NCBI RefSeq assembly: GCF_030684315.1
Contig: NC_081393.1
Span: 16,487,479-16,551,478, forward strand
Source of the DNA: Stegostoma tigrinum
Taxonomy: Eukaryota
Reading direction: 5' to 3'
Length of the DNA: 64,000 nt
The stretch's first letter is position 1; the number at the start of each line of letters is the position of its first letter. Below are positions 37,851-51,352 of this stretch, in pieces. The position numbers and the translations under genes were made by a program. The notes beneath the pieces are model-generated. The model was given only the letters and a program-made list of their open reading frames with translations, ran no database searches and was not told the DNA's origin.

Positions 37851-39479
37851 CTCTCGAACAATACCAATGAAATACTGCCTTATCTGAGACATTGAGCATT
37901 TGGATGAGAGAATCTGTTCTCTTCTGTTTTCTCAAGCATATTCAAAACAGCCCTTGGACTATTTTGGAGAACAGCAGTGGAGCTATCCCCAGAGTCTTGG
38001 CCAGTGCTTATCCTTTAACCAACATCACTAAAAACAGATTATCTGACTATTATCACATTGCTGTGTGTGGGAACTGGCTATGTACAAATTAGCTGTTGTG
38101 TTTCCCCAATTCACCAGGGACTATATTCCAAATGTACTTATGGCTGTGATGCACTTTGAGATGCCTGTGAAAAGTGGAATAAATGAATCTTTATTTTTAT
38201 TCTAATTATCATAGCTGGAGACAACACAATCCCATGAGTCTAACATGCCACTACACTTCTTTCATGCAACAGTAGGCTGTGCTGTTTTCCAACAGCTTCC
38301 AACGGTGTGCTTGTAAAACAGCTCCTGTCTTTAAACAGTCATCTCCCCTTTACATTCTGGGCTTTGGTGGTGCTTTCAATCATGTCACTTTTTCACGTGA
38401 CATGTATAATAAATGACTCATAATTTGCGACAAATAGAGGAAGAAAGCAGAATTACAAATTAGGAGAGACTGCCATCTGTTTCAAAGAGGGACCCATTCT
38501 CAGAATGCGAGCTGTGCAACACAGGCAGAATGCTAAAATTAGAAGTGGGAACAGTGGAAACTAAGATAGTAATGCTGCACAATGTACTTTAAATTAGGAG
38601 AGGTGGAGATGAGCAACCTGGAGTAATTATAGGGTTGGAATGGTTAACCAGAAACCACTGGGTGTAACCCAGGTGTGTGCTCAATGAAAACTGGTTTTGT
38701 CAGCTCTACGGGCACGACAACAGCTTGCAATCATCCCTCCTTGCTATGATGATCAAGCTGTTCCTCAGTGCTCTGTCCTTTGACCCACTGAGCAGTCCCA
38801 CATTCCAATCCTGTGTTGAATTGGATGATGTTAGCTGGGTCAGGAGGGGGAGGAGAATTATAAGAATAAGGGGCCGTTCAGTCCCTCAGCTTGTTCATCC
38901 ACTCAACAAGATCGTAGTTGATGCATATCTTAACTTCATCCATTCTTCTTTTGTTGCTAAGTGTCCTATCTACGAAAAAAAATCTAGTTATCTTCAAAAT
39001 TATCATTATAAATTTAGCTAGCATCTCCTTTTTTTGTTAGAGTTTCACAAATCTGCAACACTTTGTGTCAATAAGTAGGAGCAAATTACTGCAGATGCTG
39101 GAATATGTCCTGAAAACAAAAAAATGCAGAAATCACAGTGGGTCAGGCAACATCCATAGAGAGGGAGCAAGCTAACATATAGATAAGTGTTTTGTAACTC
39201 CCCTGTCAAATGGGGACAGGGTTCTGCTTTTAAGGTTGTGTCACTCCACCAGTGGTTCAATCTTGCACTGTCCACTCTGTCAATTACCATCAAAAACCTA
39301 AGAACCTCACCACAATCAGCTCAACATATTGGAAATCCAACTCTATTTATGTGATCTCTCCTTTAAATGTAATCACTGGAACTGCGATAAAATTCTGGTG
39401 AATCTGAGCAGCAATCCACCTTCTTCCTCAGGGGGACGTGCTGTCACCTGAACTCTGTATATGTGTAATGAAACTCATT

Positions 39480-39835
39480 TTAAAATACATTCTTCCACAG
39501 ATATGAATATCAATGCCAAGACCAGGATTTGGTACTCATCCCTAATTGCATCTTGAACTCAGAGGCCTTCTCGGCCATTTCAGAGGGCACTTAGATATTA
39601 TCCACATTGCTGCCAGTCTGGAGTCACATAGAGGCCAGGCTGTATAAGGATGGCACATTTCCTTCCCTAAAGGACACTAGTAAACTAGTTGGGATTTTAC
39701 AACAATTGATGGGAGTTGCCATGGCTACCATTACTGGGATTTGATATCAAGTCTAGATTTTATGAATTGAATTTATATACCACCAGCCGTCAGAGCGAGA
39801 TTTGAACCCATGTCCAAGAATACTTTGGCTGCATC
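39480..39835 (-). mobile_element. tRNA-derived SINE with LINE-like tail
   Basis: Reverse complement of the family at 45390-46075 and 47060-47395 (ggttcaaatc B-box-like head, tttagggaaggaaa, tgtgactccagac). Confidence 0.65.
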
Positions 39836-41232
39836 TGTGCACAGACCACTGAGGTGGAGAGAGCAGTAAGTGAAGCATACAGTACCTTTGCCTTATCCTC
39901 CTTATTTATAGGGGCACAGAATATAAGGGCAAGGGGTTGATGTTGAACTTGTACAAGACACTTATTAGACATCAGCCAAAGTATTGTGAGCAGCTCTGGG
40001 GACCACTTTGTAGGAAGGATGTGAATTGGAGAGGGTACATAAGCAATTTACAAGAATGGCTCTAGGGGTGAGAAACTTCAGTCATAAGGATATATTGAAG
40101 AAGTTAGGGCTGTTCTCCTTGGAAATAGGAAAGTGGAGAAGAGATTTGATAGAGGCCTTCAAAATTGTGAGCGGGTTACATATGGTAGCTGGGAGGAAAT
40201 TATTCCCATCTGTAAAAGAAGCAAGAAAGCACAGGAATATAGTTATTTGCAAAAGGAGTAATGGTAATATGAAGGAAAAAAATTCACTCAGTGGACTGCA
40301 CCATTTGGAAGTGGGTTGGAGGCAGGTTCCACTGATCCATGAGTGTGGGGGAATAGCTGAAGATTGGCACTGGGTAATAATGCCCATCTGAAGAGCCAGT
40401 GCAGGCAATGATGGCTCCTCAAAGGATTCCTCTGTGCTGTAAAACTTACATGATTCTGAAGAACATTAACCTGTACCTTTGGACTACTATCTCATTGATG
40501 TTACCACGATGCTGCCCATACCCCCACCCTTTGCATTCTAGTTTTCAAATTATTAAGGATTACATTCCAATAACCATGCTGATTTGCTTTTCTTGGCTCC
40601 TGAAAGGTACTATTTTGTCTTGCTCTATAATTCAGGATAAAATAGGTCTGGAAAAGCCAAATAAAGAACACCCCTGTGTCAACGACAGCACTGTAATATG
40701 ACCTGGTCAAACCCAAAGATCGTTTACCAAAGCAGACTTCTCTTTTCATTGGGACATGAATCTTCTCCTACTCCATGCGACATCTTTCCAACTTGCTGCG
40801 CAGCACAATGCTGCATTCTCCAGCATGCAAATATCAAGCCCACTTCTCCAGTGCTTCACTGTTGTCTGCTGCATGTAACAGCATGTTCCACCTTTTCAAC
40901 ATATCCTACATTGTGAAATTCTTCCTAAATTCTTCGTTTGATCTGCTAGTTTTAGTTGACATTCAGGGGATCACCTTTTCTAGACCTGCCCACAAGTGAA
41001 GAGAATTTCTCCTCGCTCATCCAATTAAAGCTCCTCCTAAACGGCAAGCTATCAAGGCAGTTTGAGAAATGGTTATTAATGGTTTACGCAGTCTCAGGCT
41101 TTGTAAGTAGCAACAGAGAATACAAAAGCTGTGGTGAACCTTTATATTGGTTTGATGTTGCCTGGCATATTGTGTCCAATTCTGTGAGCTTATACCTTAG
41201 GAAGGATTTGGAGGCAGTTTATAAGATTCAGA

Positions 41233-42168
41233 GAACATAGATCATTACAGCACAGTACAGGCCCTTCGGCCCGCGATGATGTGCCGACCTGTCATACCGA
41301 TCTCAAGCCCATCTAACCTACACTATTCCATGTACGTCCATATGCTTGTCCAATGACGACTTAAATGTACCTAAAGTTGGTGAATCTACTACCGTTGTAG
41401 GCAAAGCGTTCCATTCCCTTACTACTCTCTGAGTAAAGAAACTACCTCTGACATCTGTCCTATATCTTTCACCCCTCAATTTAAAGCTATGCCCCCTCGT
41501 GCTCGCCGTCACCATCCTAGGAAAAAGGCTCTCCCTATCCACCCTATCTAACCCTCTGATTATTTTATACGTTTCAATTAAGTCATCTCTCAACCTTCTT
41601 CTCTCTAATGAAAACAGCCTCAAGTCCCTCAGCCTTTCCTCGTAAGACCTTCCCTCCATACCAGGCAACATCCTAGTAAATCTCCTCTGCACCCTTTCCA
41701 AAGCTTCCACATCCTTCTTATAATGCGGTGACCAGAACTGTACACAATACTCCAAGTGCGGCCGCACCAGAGTTTTGTACAGCTTCACCATAACCTCTTG
41801 GTTCCGGAACTTGATCCCTCTACTAATAAAAGCTAAAACACTGTTTGCCTTCTTAACAGCCCTGTCAACCTGGGTGGCAACTTTCAAGGATCTGTGTACA
41901 TGGACACCGAGACCTCTCTGCTCATCTACACTACCAAGAATCTTACCATTAGCTCTGTACTTTGCCTTCCGGTTACTCCTACCAAAGTGCATCACCTCAC
42001 ACTTATCTGCATTAAACTCCATTTGCCACCTCTCAGCCCAGCTCTGCAGCTTATCTATGTCTCTCTGCAACCTACAGCATCCTTCGTCACTATCCACAAC
42101 TCCACCGACCTTAGTGTCGTCTGCAAATTTACTAACCCATCCTTCTACGCCCTCATCCAGGTCATTTA
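41233..42168 (-). mobile_element. Young 5'-truncated CR1 (HER1-like) LINE, antisense inside an older CR1
   Basis: Uninterrupted frame ...KFADDTKVGG...LEYCVQFWSPHY...RGHSFKL...MDVHGIV*. Same family as 19123-20255. Older + strand CR1 pieces flank it (about 41040-41232 and 42169-42530). Confidence 0.93.
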
Positions 42169-43257
42169 CAAAAAGAATGGTTCTGGGTTTTACCTGGAGC
42201 GACTGGAAAAAGCTCTTCTCCATGGACAACAGCAAATTTGATCGAGGTGTTCAAAATCATGAGGGGTGCCTGGGACAGTGTCTACAGGGAGAAACTGTTC
42301 CCATTGGTGGAAGAATCCAGAGCCGGGGAGGACAAATTTAATGTTATTGACAGAAAAAAAAGGCCCTCGTGAGGAAAGAACGAACTGAATCGCTCTTCAA
42401 TTATTTAGAGATATGCGATTTGCAGGGCTACAGAGAAGGGAAGGCGAGAAGGGTAAGGCCAGAGAGAAGGGAAGGGGAGGAGGGTAATGGGCATATAGCG
42501 CTAGTACCAGCACGATGGGCCGAACGGCCCGTCTTTGCAATTAGGTGAGCTGCTAAGTTGGACCCTCGCTTACTGCCCCACTCCACACCCTTCCCAGCCT
42601 GCAGGCACCGGAGTGAGGTGTCCCCTTTAAAAGGGGGTGTGTTCCTGGAGGGTTCAAGATTCTCCGGAGACTGCACGAATGTGGGGATTATGCAGCGATT
42701 TGACGTAAGATCAGCTGTTGCTGGGAGGCAGCTCCACCGAGAACAGAGCAGCGTCTGAGGCGAAGGCACAAGAAGGGGAAGAATTTGTCTAACCACCAAA
42801 AAAAATGCAGCTGGAATAAACTCAGCCACTGCAACCTAGCTCCCTCCCCCACTCCAAAGAAAACCTCCCTCCCTCCTCCCTACGAATCGCAGGCTTGCAA
42901 CTTGACGTTAAGCGACAGTGAAGAAGGGAAAAGCCGCAGTTTCAGGTGGGTGCCCTGCCGATTCTCCCTTCACAAGCGGTTGAATGGACGCTTTCATTTC
43001 CAGGGAAGGAAAGCGATGACTGTTTATGCAACTGAAGGCGCGCTGCGCCAGCCCAGACACACAGGAGAATATCTCCATCTGTGCTGTGCTGGGGGAACCG
43101 GGGAAAATGTGTCTGAAAGGAGGAAAAATCCTCCTTTCCCCACAATCCAGTCAATGCAGTAAGAGAGCTGGATAAACACATGTAGCACTGGAGGGGGGAG
43201 ATTCCGCTGTTCTATCCCCCGGAGTAAGATGTCTCGCTCCCTGGTTGACTTAACCAG

Positions 43258-43278
43258 TTCAGTACCATGGACAGCACA
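43258..43278 (+). promoter_or_regulatory. RE1/NRSE (REST-binding) motif
   Basis: TTCAGTACCATGGACAGCACA versus consensus TTCAGCACCnnGGACAGCGCC: canonical 2-bp spacer, one core mismatch. Confidence 0.7.
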
Positions 43279-43514
43279 GCGGCGACGGTGTGCCGGGGGC
43301 TGGCGGGCCTGGGGGGGACTACTCCAGACCCACAAGCTTCAAAACGGTCTGGACGCACACCTTCCGGAATGGTGCGACTTCCATGGGACAAAAATTCCTC
43401 CGGGACGTGAGAGGAACAGTGGTGCCTTGTCCCGCTTTGAAAATTGGAACGGTCCATTTCATCTTTGGTTAATTGAGAGTATCGTTGTTTTAACTACTCC
43501 ATTAGTTTTTGTAT

Positions 43515-43553
43515 TGTGTGTGTGTGTGTGTGTGTGTGTCTGTGAGAGAGAGA
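43515..43553 (+). repeat. (TG)n followed by (GA)n microsatellite
   Basis: Directly visible. Confidence 0.95.
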
Positions 43554-45389
43554 GGGAGGGAGGGAGGGGGTGGGGTGGGGGCAGAGTATCACATTCAGCA
43601 GCACAGTTCGAAACCCAAGGATGGTGTCCTTTCCTGCACCAGAGTGCCCAATTTATAATCCCTCAGCTGACCTCTTCAATTGGACTGGCAGTGCCAATCA
43701 CTCACTAAGTAGGCAAAGTTATCTAAACCCATTCCATGGAGCAAGGCATCTTACCTATGATGACTGACTTGAGCGTACCTCTTACACTAACCCACGTTTT
43801 ACCATCCAAAGGTTCCGCACCATTTATTTTCCAGTATAAAGCAGTATCCGCTCTGCATTATTATACCACCTACCCATCACCAATGGTTTCCCCATTAGTG
43901 TCTCAGCAGTAGCAGACCCAATAAGAACAGATTCAGCTGAATGCCGCTTGGTTAGAAGCCTGGGAACCACTGTTCGCCTGGTAACCTTTCACTTGGGAAT
44001 GAGGAGATCTGAGTCAGCTACACCTGACAATCTCACTTCACTGCAAAGCAGACATATTGTGGACCCTTGGAGATGCTGCTCAAAGCAGAATAATCACCCT
44101 TGGGCAGACTGGCTGAAAATTCATAGCAAAATAATTAATTCATATTCCAACACCCCGACACAAACAAGCTACGATTCTGATACATATGCATTGACACACA
44201 AACACGAACACGCACAGGCACACACACCTACACACCCTCTGAGTCACATATAAGACATACTGTGATACGTACACACATTAACCTCATATATAAACACTAC
44301 CAGTTGAACTGTTTAACAAACCGATTTCGGTGAAGTTTTAATCTTTTTGTTCACACTAGTGCCACTGGCATTGTGCGTTATAATACATCTCAGACAAACA
44401 GAGCTTAGGGTTCATCCACAATCAGATACAGCCAGATCTGCGTTTGTGAAAACAAAATGGCTGAATGAAGCATTGTATAGGGAATTCACCTCACTGGGGC
44501 ACTCTCTGGCCCATGTTGAATCAGACAGTTGTCAGTCTAAATGGAGGTTTGTGTCCATCTCTGCCCTTTCATTAACCACTGCCTTTCCTCATACTACCCA
44601 CTTTCTATTCACATGGCAAATATTACTCGAATGGGCCAGAGTGCGTTTCTGGCTGTCACAGTTTCTCTGTTTCCATGGGAACACCAGCGTGGGATGTGGA
44701 AGTCACTACCAGCATTTATCGTGAGAAGAATAAATGGTTTTTCTCTGGATTTCTTTCTATCTGGGCATGGAGAACTGGTTTGAAGACAGAACCACAACAA
44801 ATTCCATTGTATGGTGCCATTAACATGGATAGTATCCCAAGGTTTATCCCTGAGTTAGGGTAATGTCTCAGAGCCTGGTCAAAAAGGCCACATTTGAAAG
44901 ATGGGATTTTAAATGGGAAGAGAGCAAGAAAAAAAGCAGAGAGATTTTGGGATGAAGCCACAAAGAATATGAGTAAGAAAGGTGAATATTACGTCTTCAA
45001 TGACAGGCTGAAAGGCAGATATACTGCAAGCTAGAGTCAGTTTCTGATGATAAGGTGCATGTAAGGATGGAGAGGAGATTATCTGGAATGAGCCCTTTGT
45101 AGATGAAGGTCAGTATTTTCACCTCAATGCTTTAAGACGCTGGAAGACTGGCGGCCTGGACATGTGGAACCCTGTGGTTTGAAAATATTGATATTTATAG
45201 AGGAAGCATGTTCAGTCAAGAGCACCTTCATTGCACTGAGCTTAGTGGAGGGATAAAGCATAAAAACGGTTTCAGCAGCAGTGGGTGGGTTAAGGAGGAA
45301 AGGGGCCAATATTGTAGAGATATAGGTTAGCAGTAGCAGAGGAACTGTGAGCTTCTGAAGAGCTTTCAATGTATGCAGCCTTGGAGAGG

Positions 45390-46075
45390 AGGTGGCAGAG
45401 TGATAATAGCACTGGGCTAGTAATCCAGAGCCCTATGCTAATGCTCCAGAGACATGAGTTTGAATCCTACCAAAATAGAGTGTAAAATATGAATTCAGTG
45501 AAATCTTGAATTTTAAAAATTCATTCATGGGATATGGGCATCACTGGCTAGACCAGCATTCACTACCCATCTCTATTTGCCTTTGAGAAGGTGGTAGTGA
45601 GCAGCTTTCTTGTACCTCTGCTGTCCATGTAGAGCTACAATGCTGTTAGGGACAGAATTCCAGGATTTGGATCCAGCAACACTGAAAGAGCAGGAATATA
45701 TTTCTAAGTCGGGATAGTGAATGGCTCAGAGGAGAACTTGCAGAGGGTGGTGCTTTCATGATTCTGCTGCCCTTGTCTTTCTTGATGGAAGTGTACACAG
45801 GTTTGGAAGGTGCAAAAGAGACTTAAGGAGATTATTAGTGACCATGTAGTTGTTGTTGACTGTGGTAAAACCCATCTGATTCAGTGATGTCTTTTAGGGA
45901 CGAAAATCTGTCCTTAACTGGGCTGGCATACATGTGACTCCAGACTCACAGAAACATGCTTGACTTTTAACTGCCCTCTGAGGCAGCCAAGGAATCCATC
46001 CAGTTTGAGGACAGTTGGGAATGGGCAATAAATGCTGGTCAGCCAGAGATATTCACATCCCATAAATGCATTGGA
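45390..46075 (+). mobile_element. tRNA-derived SINE interrupted by an antisense LINE 3' end
   Basis: Head gtggcagagtg...gagtttgaatcc; tail gggaatgggcaataaatgctgg resembles the 3' end of the 31-33 kb LINE. Another copy at 47060-47395. Confidence 0.65.
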
Positions 46076-49000
46076 GAAAGGTACCTGGCATAAGATGAGA
46101 AATGTAACAGCACTTAAGTCTCTACAACCTCAGAACATTAAATACACAGGCGAATTATCATGGAATATGTTCTCACATTGTGCCCAATATAATTTTTCAG
46201 TCAGTGCGCATCTCTGAAAAAACTTCCCAAAAACCACCACGGATATTTCACCATCAAACACTAATATAGCACCAATCATATCCTCAGGATGACACGAAGC
46301 CAACAAAGTACTTTGGAGGTGCAGTCAGTGCTGTAATACAGCAATTAGTTCGGGCACTGCAAGGTCCCATAAGCTGCATTGGCCAGATAATCTTTTCTTT
46401 CAGGTATTGGTCAGAGTATTGTCCAGGAAACCAGGGACAGCTTCTAAATCATTCTTCAAATAATGCTGTGGGATCTGAAGGCAGACAGCATCTCGAATTT
46501 AACACTGCATCTGAAAGGCAGCATCTCTGTTGGTGCTATGTTCCCTTAGTACTGCACAGGGATGTCAGCCTAGCTTCAGTGCTAAAGCATGGCTTTTATA
46601 TTCATGGGAGATAAGGGTCACTGGCATATCAGTATTTAATGCCCATCTCTAACTGCCCAGTGCTGAGCTGCTTTCTTAACTACTGCAGCTTGTGAGGTAT
46701 GGGAACACACACAGTGCTGTTAAGGGAGGCTGTTACAGGATTTTGACAACCACACTGTAGAAACAGTGAAATATTTCCAAATAAGGATGATGTGTGGTTT
46801 GGAAGGGAACTTGCTGGTGCCTGTGTCTCCACGTTTCTGCTATCCTTGACCTTCTAAATGATAAATGTCATGTGTTTGGTAAGTACTGTCAAAGGGAACC
46901 TTTGCAAGCACCTGAACATGCACTGTGGCCTCTGTGCATCCGTGGTCAAAGGAGTGATGGTGGATGTGGCACCAGATGACGTAGAGCTCCTTGAGCATTG
47001 TTGGAGCTGCGTTCATCCAGGTACTCCTGACTTTTGCTTTGGACATGGTGGAAGATATTGGTGTAGTCACAAAGCACTGCACCAGTAGTTCAGGGGCCCA
47101 GCCTAATGGTTTGGGGTCACAGGTTCGAATCTCACCAGAGCAGATGGTTGAATTTAAACTGAATTAATAAGCCTGGAAAGCTAGTCTCAATAGTACTGTC
47201 CATGACAACTATCATTGATTGTTGTAAAATCCCATTGGGGTTCAATCATGCTCTTCAGGGAAGTAAATTCATTTTTGCCTAACTGTGATTCAAGGCCCCC
47301 AGCAATGGGGTTGAGTCTTAATTGCCACTCAGCTCAAGGACAACAAATATTGGCCTTGCTAGAAAGTCCCAAACCTTATGAAAGTATTATAAAAAATGTA
47401 TCACTCATCCAACTGAGGCTTGAGCTTAGGATAAGAGGCAAGTCTGCTGACCATTGTACTACAATTGTCACCGCCGAACACCCTTTAAAAGATCTCAATC
47501 TGAGCAGAGGCCTGTACAAGCAATGTCTGAGTGAAAACAAAACGGAAAAGCCTCCAGTTTTCTCTCTGCAGCTACAATGGCACAGCTGACATCTTTCTGA
47601 TGATTGCTTTCCACTGGAGAGACACAGGAGGTACCATTTGTTGCTGTAAAGATGTTTCCACCATTAGAGCAAAATGAATTGTTTATTAGTCAACCTGAAT
47701 TGTATACCAAGAGTCACAAATTCAAACTGTCACCATGCTGTAGATGTCGCCATTTAAATCAACCTCTGAAGCCTTGAAAAATCCCTCCACAAGCTGGCTT
47801 ACAGTCTGAGTCTGCAAGTGATCTGTCAGTCTGGGTGTTTGCGAGCTTGTCGTTCGCCAGGTGGAGTCTGCTCTGTGGGGACAAATCTTAAACCCTGGTG
47901 CACCTTTGCAATATAGCCCTTATCACTTGTCTGATTTATTTGGACCCAGTTAGAATGTAACGAAAACACACAACAGTGGGGTGAAAAATTAAGGCTGACA
48001 GCTAATGCACTGCACTGATGCAGAGGTCCTATTTGTTTGATCAGATGTTCGCAGCTCAGATACTGACGCTGCCCATTCCTGAAGGGCTATGGGAGAGTTG
48101 CGTACAGCACATGTTGAGTCAACAATTATGAGTTAGTTGCTGCCATGCAGGGACCAATAGATATTTCATGTGCCACACACCGGAGAGCAATAATCTTAGC
48201 CTGCTGTGGAGTATATAAATGAGAACCTTGATGTTGCAGCATTGATGGCCACTCCCACTGAGATGCTGGTTACATTGGAAGGCTGCTCAGACATTCAGAC
48301 AGCGTGTACAGGGAACAGCATTTCCTCCCAAAACCTCTGGTGCATTTCCCTGTGACTGCAACTCACCACCTTACTGTAACCTTTGTGTGGACAGGTCACC
48401 TATGACTCTGCCCACTCTGTAAAGTGGCAACAATACTCGCTGGCAAATCCACTGAGCCTCCAAAAACACTCCAGGCCTTGTCAAAGCAGACCTTAAAAAT
48501 CATAAATCCAGACTAACTGGGTGCCTGTCCCTTTAAACAATGGACCCCTCATGCAGGCTTTGGCAATCAGTGTGAAAATCATCCAAATGGACTAAACTAG
48601 GAAAAAGGGCTTCACCTGAAACAGCAGGACCATGTGATATTGTGCCCTTTCCCACCATGTGCAGTGTTCATGTGGGATGCTGGTGTGAGTGTCCTTCTAA
48701 GACCATTTTGAAAAGGAAGACTAGAAGCATTTCTCGAGGGTGGGCTAGAAGAGACCAGTCACCTTTCAGCAGTTGCTGAACACATGCAGCTGTTGATCAA
48801 ATGAAGTGCAGTGATTTAATAAAAGAGTTCAGCGTGAGCTAACCTGCGAGGGTGTTGCTACATCATTTAGTATTATGAGTCAGCATTAAGAACAGTACTT
48901 ACAGAGTCAAGAGACATCCCCCACACAATTGGCTGCACCATCTGCTATTAACCTGTCCATGAACAAATCTCAGAATGCGCAAAAACAAAAATGGTGAAAA

Positions 49001-49149
49001 AAGACATTTTTGCAACAGCCTTTTATGCCTATTCACAATGTAATGGGAACTAAGGTTTACTGGAAGGGAATCATGGGTTATAGGGAAAAGATGGCAAGGT
49101 GGAGTTGAAGATTATCAGTTCAGTCATGTTCTCAGTACAGAGCAGAAAG

Positions 49150-49484
49150 TACGTATAGAATCCCTACAGTATGGAAAGAGGCCATTTGACCCATCAAGTC
49201 CACACCGACTCTCCAAAAGCATCCTCCCTAGACCCAACCTGCCCAGCCTATCCCTGTAATCCCGCATTTCCCATGGCTAATCCACCCAACTCGCACACTG
49301 CTGGACACTGTGGGCAATTTAGCATGGCCAATCTACACAATCTGCACATCTTTGGACTGTGGGACGAAACTGCAGCACCCAGAGGAAACCTGCACAGACA
49401 TGGCGAGAAAGTATAAACTCCACAGCGACAGTCACCTGAGGGAATCAAACCCAGAACCCTTGTGCTGTGAGCCACTGTGCCACT
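49150..49484 (-). mobile_element. HE1-like SINE, near full length
   Basis: Minus strand has a tRNA-like head (gtggcacagtggctcacagc...gggtttgattcc), central gggtgctgcagtttcgtcccacagtccaaagatgtgcag, and a CR1-like tail ending ctgtagggattctat. Confidence 0.8.
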
Positions 49485-51352
49485 CGATGGGCTGAATTGC
49501 TGGTGCTGCTCCTGTATCTAATGGTCTATTCCCAGGAAATTTAAAAAATATTCTTTTAAGTTTACTGCAATAGAAAAATAATATTGTAATTAGATCGTTC
49601 AGCTGCACAGCTTGTCTCTTCTTTTGGTGCTCAGGGTGCCACCTCACATTCAAATGGCACTGATGCCAGCATTTTACAATATCAGACAGAGTATACTGCT
49701 TGTGGGGCATCAATGATACTTAAGCTCAATGCTGCAGTCCTCTCTTAACCTTGCACAGCTAAATAGGTGCTCAGCAGAAAGAAAGCACACTCCCCACCCC
49801 TTTCTCCCCAATGTGCTTCAATAGGATTATCAAATCCTATCAGGCAATGTCCCTATAAAATGTCGCCGTGGTGCAGTGCCAGTTTCTTTCAGTGCACAAC
49901 ATAATGTAGCTACTGAACCTGGAGCACGGCTTGTGTGTACCATCCAGGCTGTTGCATGGCTGTGTGCTCTCACAATGTAACATGCTCTTAGGTTTGTTGC
50001 TTATTCATCCCTGCTGGCACATGCTGAGTTACTGAAAGTGTTCGGTGGTTTGCACTGTCATTTACATTTGGTGAAGCTGACAGCGAATGGTGTGGCATGT
50101 GGTGGTAGACTCAGTTCTGACTTCATGACCACCTTCTCATTGATTCATGGCTGTTGTATTTACTATCTTCACCCTTCTTGCTTAATCAGCAGTGCAAAAA
50201 TGAACTTTTCTCAGGAAATGGCTTGGTTGAAACATTGCCATTATACAATGAGCAGGCCCCTATGAATTACCATTGTGTGGCCCAGCAACAGTGTAATCAA
50301 TACATTCATTCCTTCGTGGCTGAATGAACTGTGACTAATTATGTTTCTCACAAATCAAGGAAGAGGAATGATAATCGTACTGTCACGGCCTGCATACACC
50401 CTGCTTACACCATTATGCGTTCTCAATGCAACATTTGTAAGCGTGAATGGAGAAGATTTGGATTTATAAGGTGCCTTTTATGTCCCGAAAGCAATGCAGT
50501 GTTTTTTGAAGCAGAGCTATGATGTGCACAGCAAACTCCCACAAACAGCAAAGGAGGAGGTGATCTTGCAGGGATGGTGGTTGAGCAGTAAACATTGGCC
50601 CAGATCTCCCATGTTCTTCTTCAAACTATTGATGTGGGATCATCAATACACTCCCCAACAGGGCAGGCAGGGCCTCAGTCAAATTTGAGGTATGCTGCAC
50701 TAGTCTAATACCACATCATGTCTAGGCCAGTCACTCTGGTTCTTTTTTCTGATGCCAGGTCTGTGCAGGTTACTAACATTATGGCAGAGGAAGGTATTTA
50801 CATTAGCTCCTCTGTACTCCATGTCAAGATGGGTGCCCTGGTCTGTGGGTCCTCCAGGCAGAATGCTTTGCTTTACATGTAAGTTCAAAGGAGATCAGTG
50901 TAATTCATCTCAGAAAGGGTTTTATTGCCTCTCGTATTAAAGGTGAAAGCATATTATTTAAAGATTAATAGAATAATGGACAGAGAGACAGAGAATTTAG
51001 AAGAAGCACAAAATGCATAACAAATGAGAACAGTCCTTGGGAGCTTGGCCATCTGGATTTTCATGTGAGATTACTGACATTAGAAGATGAGGTCATGGGA
51101 TAACAGAAAGATAGAGAGGCCATTCAATCAATCATGTCTATGCCAATGACAAAAAAGAACAGCTAACTTGCCTAATCCCACTCTTCAGCTCTTGGTCCTT
51201 ACAGCATTTCAAGTGAATATTTAAATGTGCTTCTTTCAAATCATGTCTGTTTATATCTGCTATCAGGCACTGAATTCAAGAGCTTCACCATCTTTTAAGT
51301 AAAAAGAAAATTCTCCTCACAAATCAAGGAAAAGGAATGATAATCGTACTGT

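Larger units (their letters stand above)
42500..43600. promoter_or_regulatory. CpG-rich promoter-like region with CRE-like sites
   Basis: Local CpG enrichment, TGACGTAA at 42701, TGACGTTA at 42903, an RE1 motif at 43258, and a (TG)n at the downstream edge. Confidence 0.55.

Noticed and set aside
47060-47140. tRNA gene
   Set aside because: The B-box-like ggttcgaatc is the head of a SINE with a degenerate body; no full cloverleaf.
49900-50900. Possible Harbinger/PIF transposase remnants
   Set aside because: Only faint LHN-like similarity, with no continuous frame or terminal inverted repeats that I could verify.
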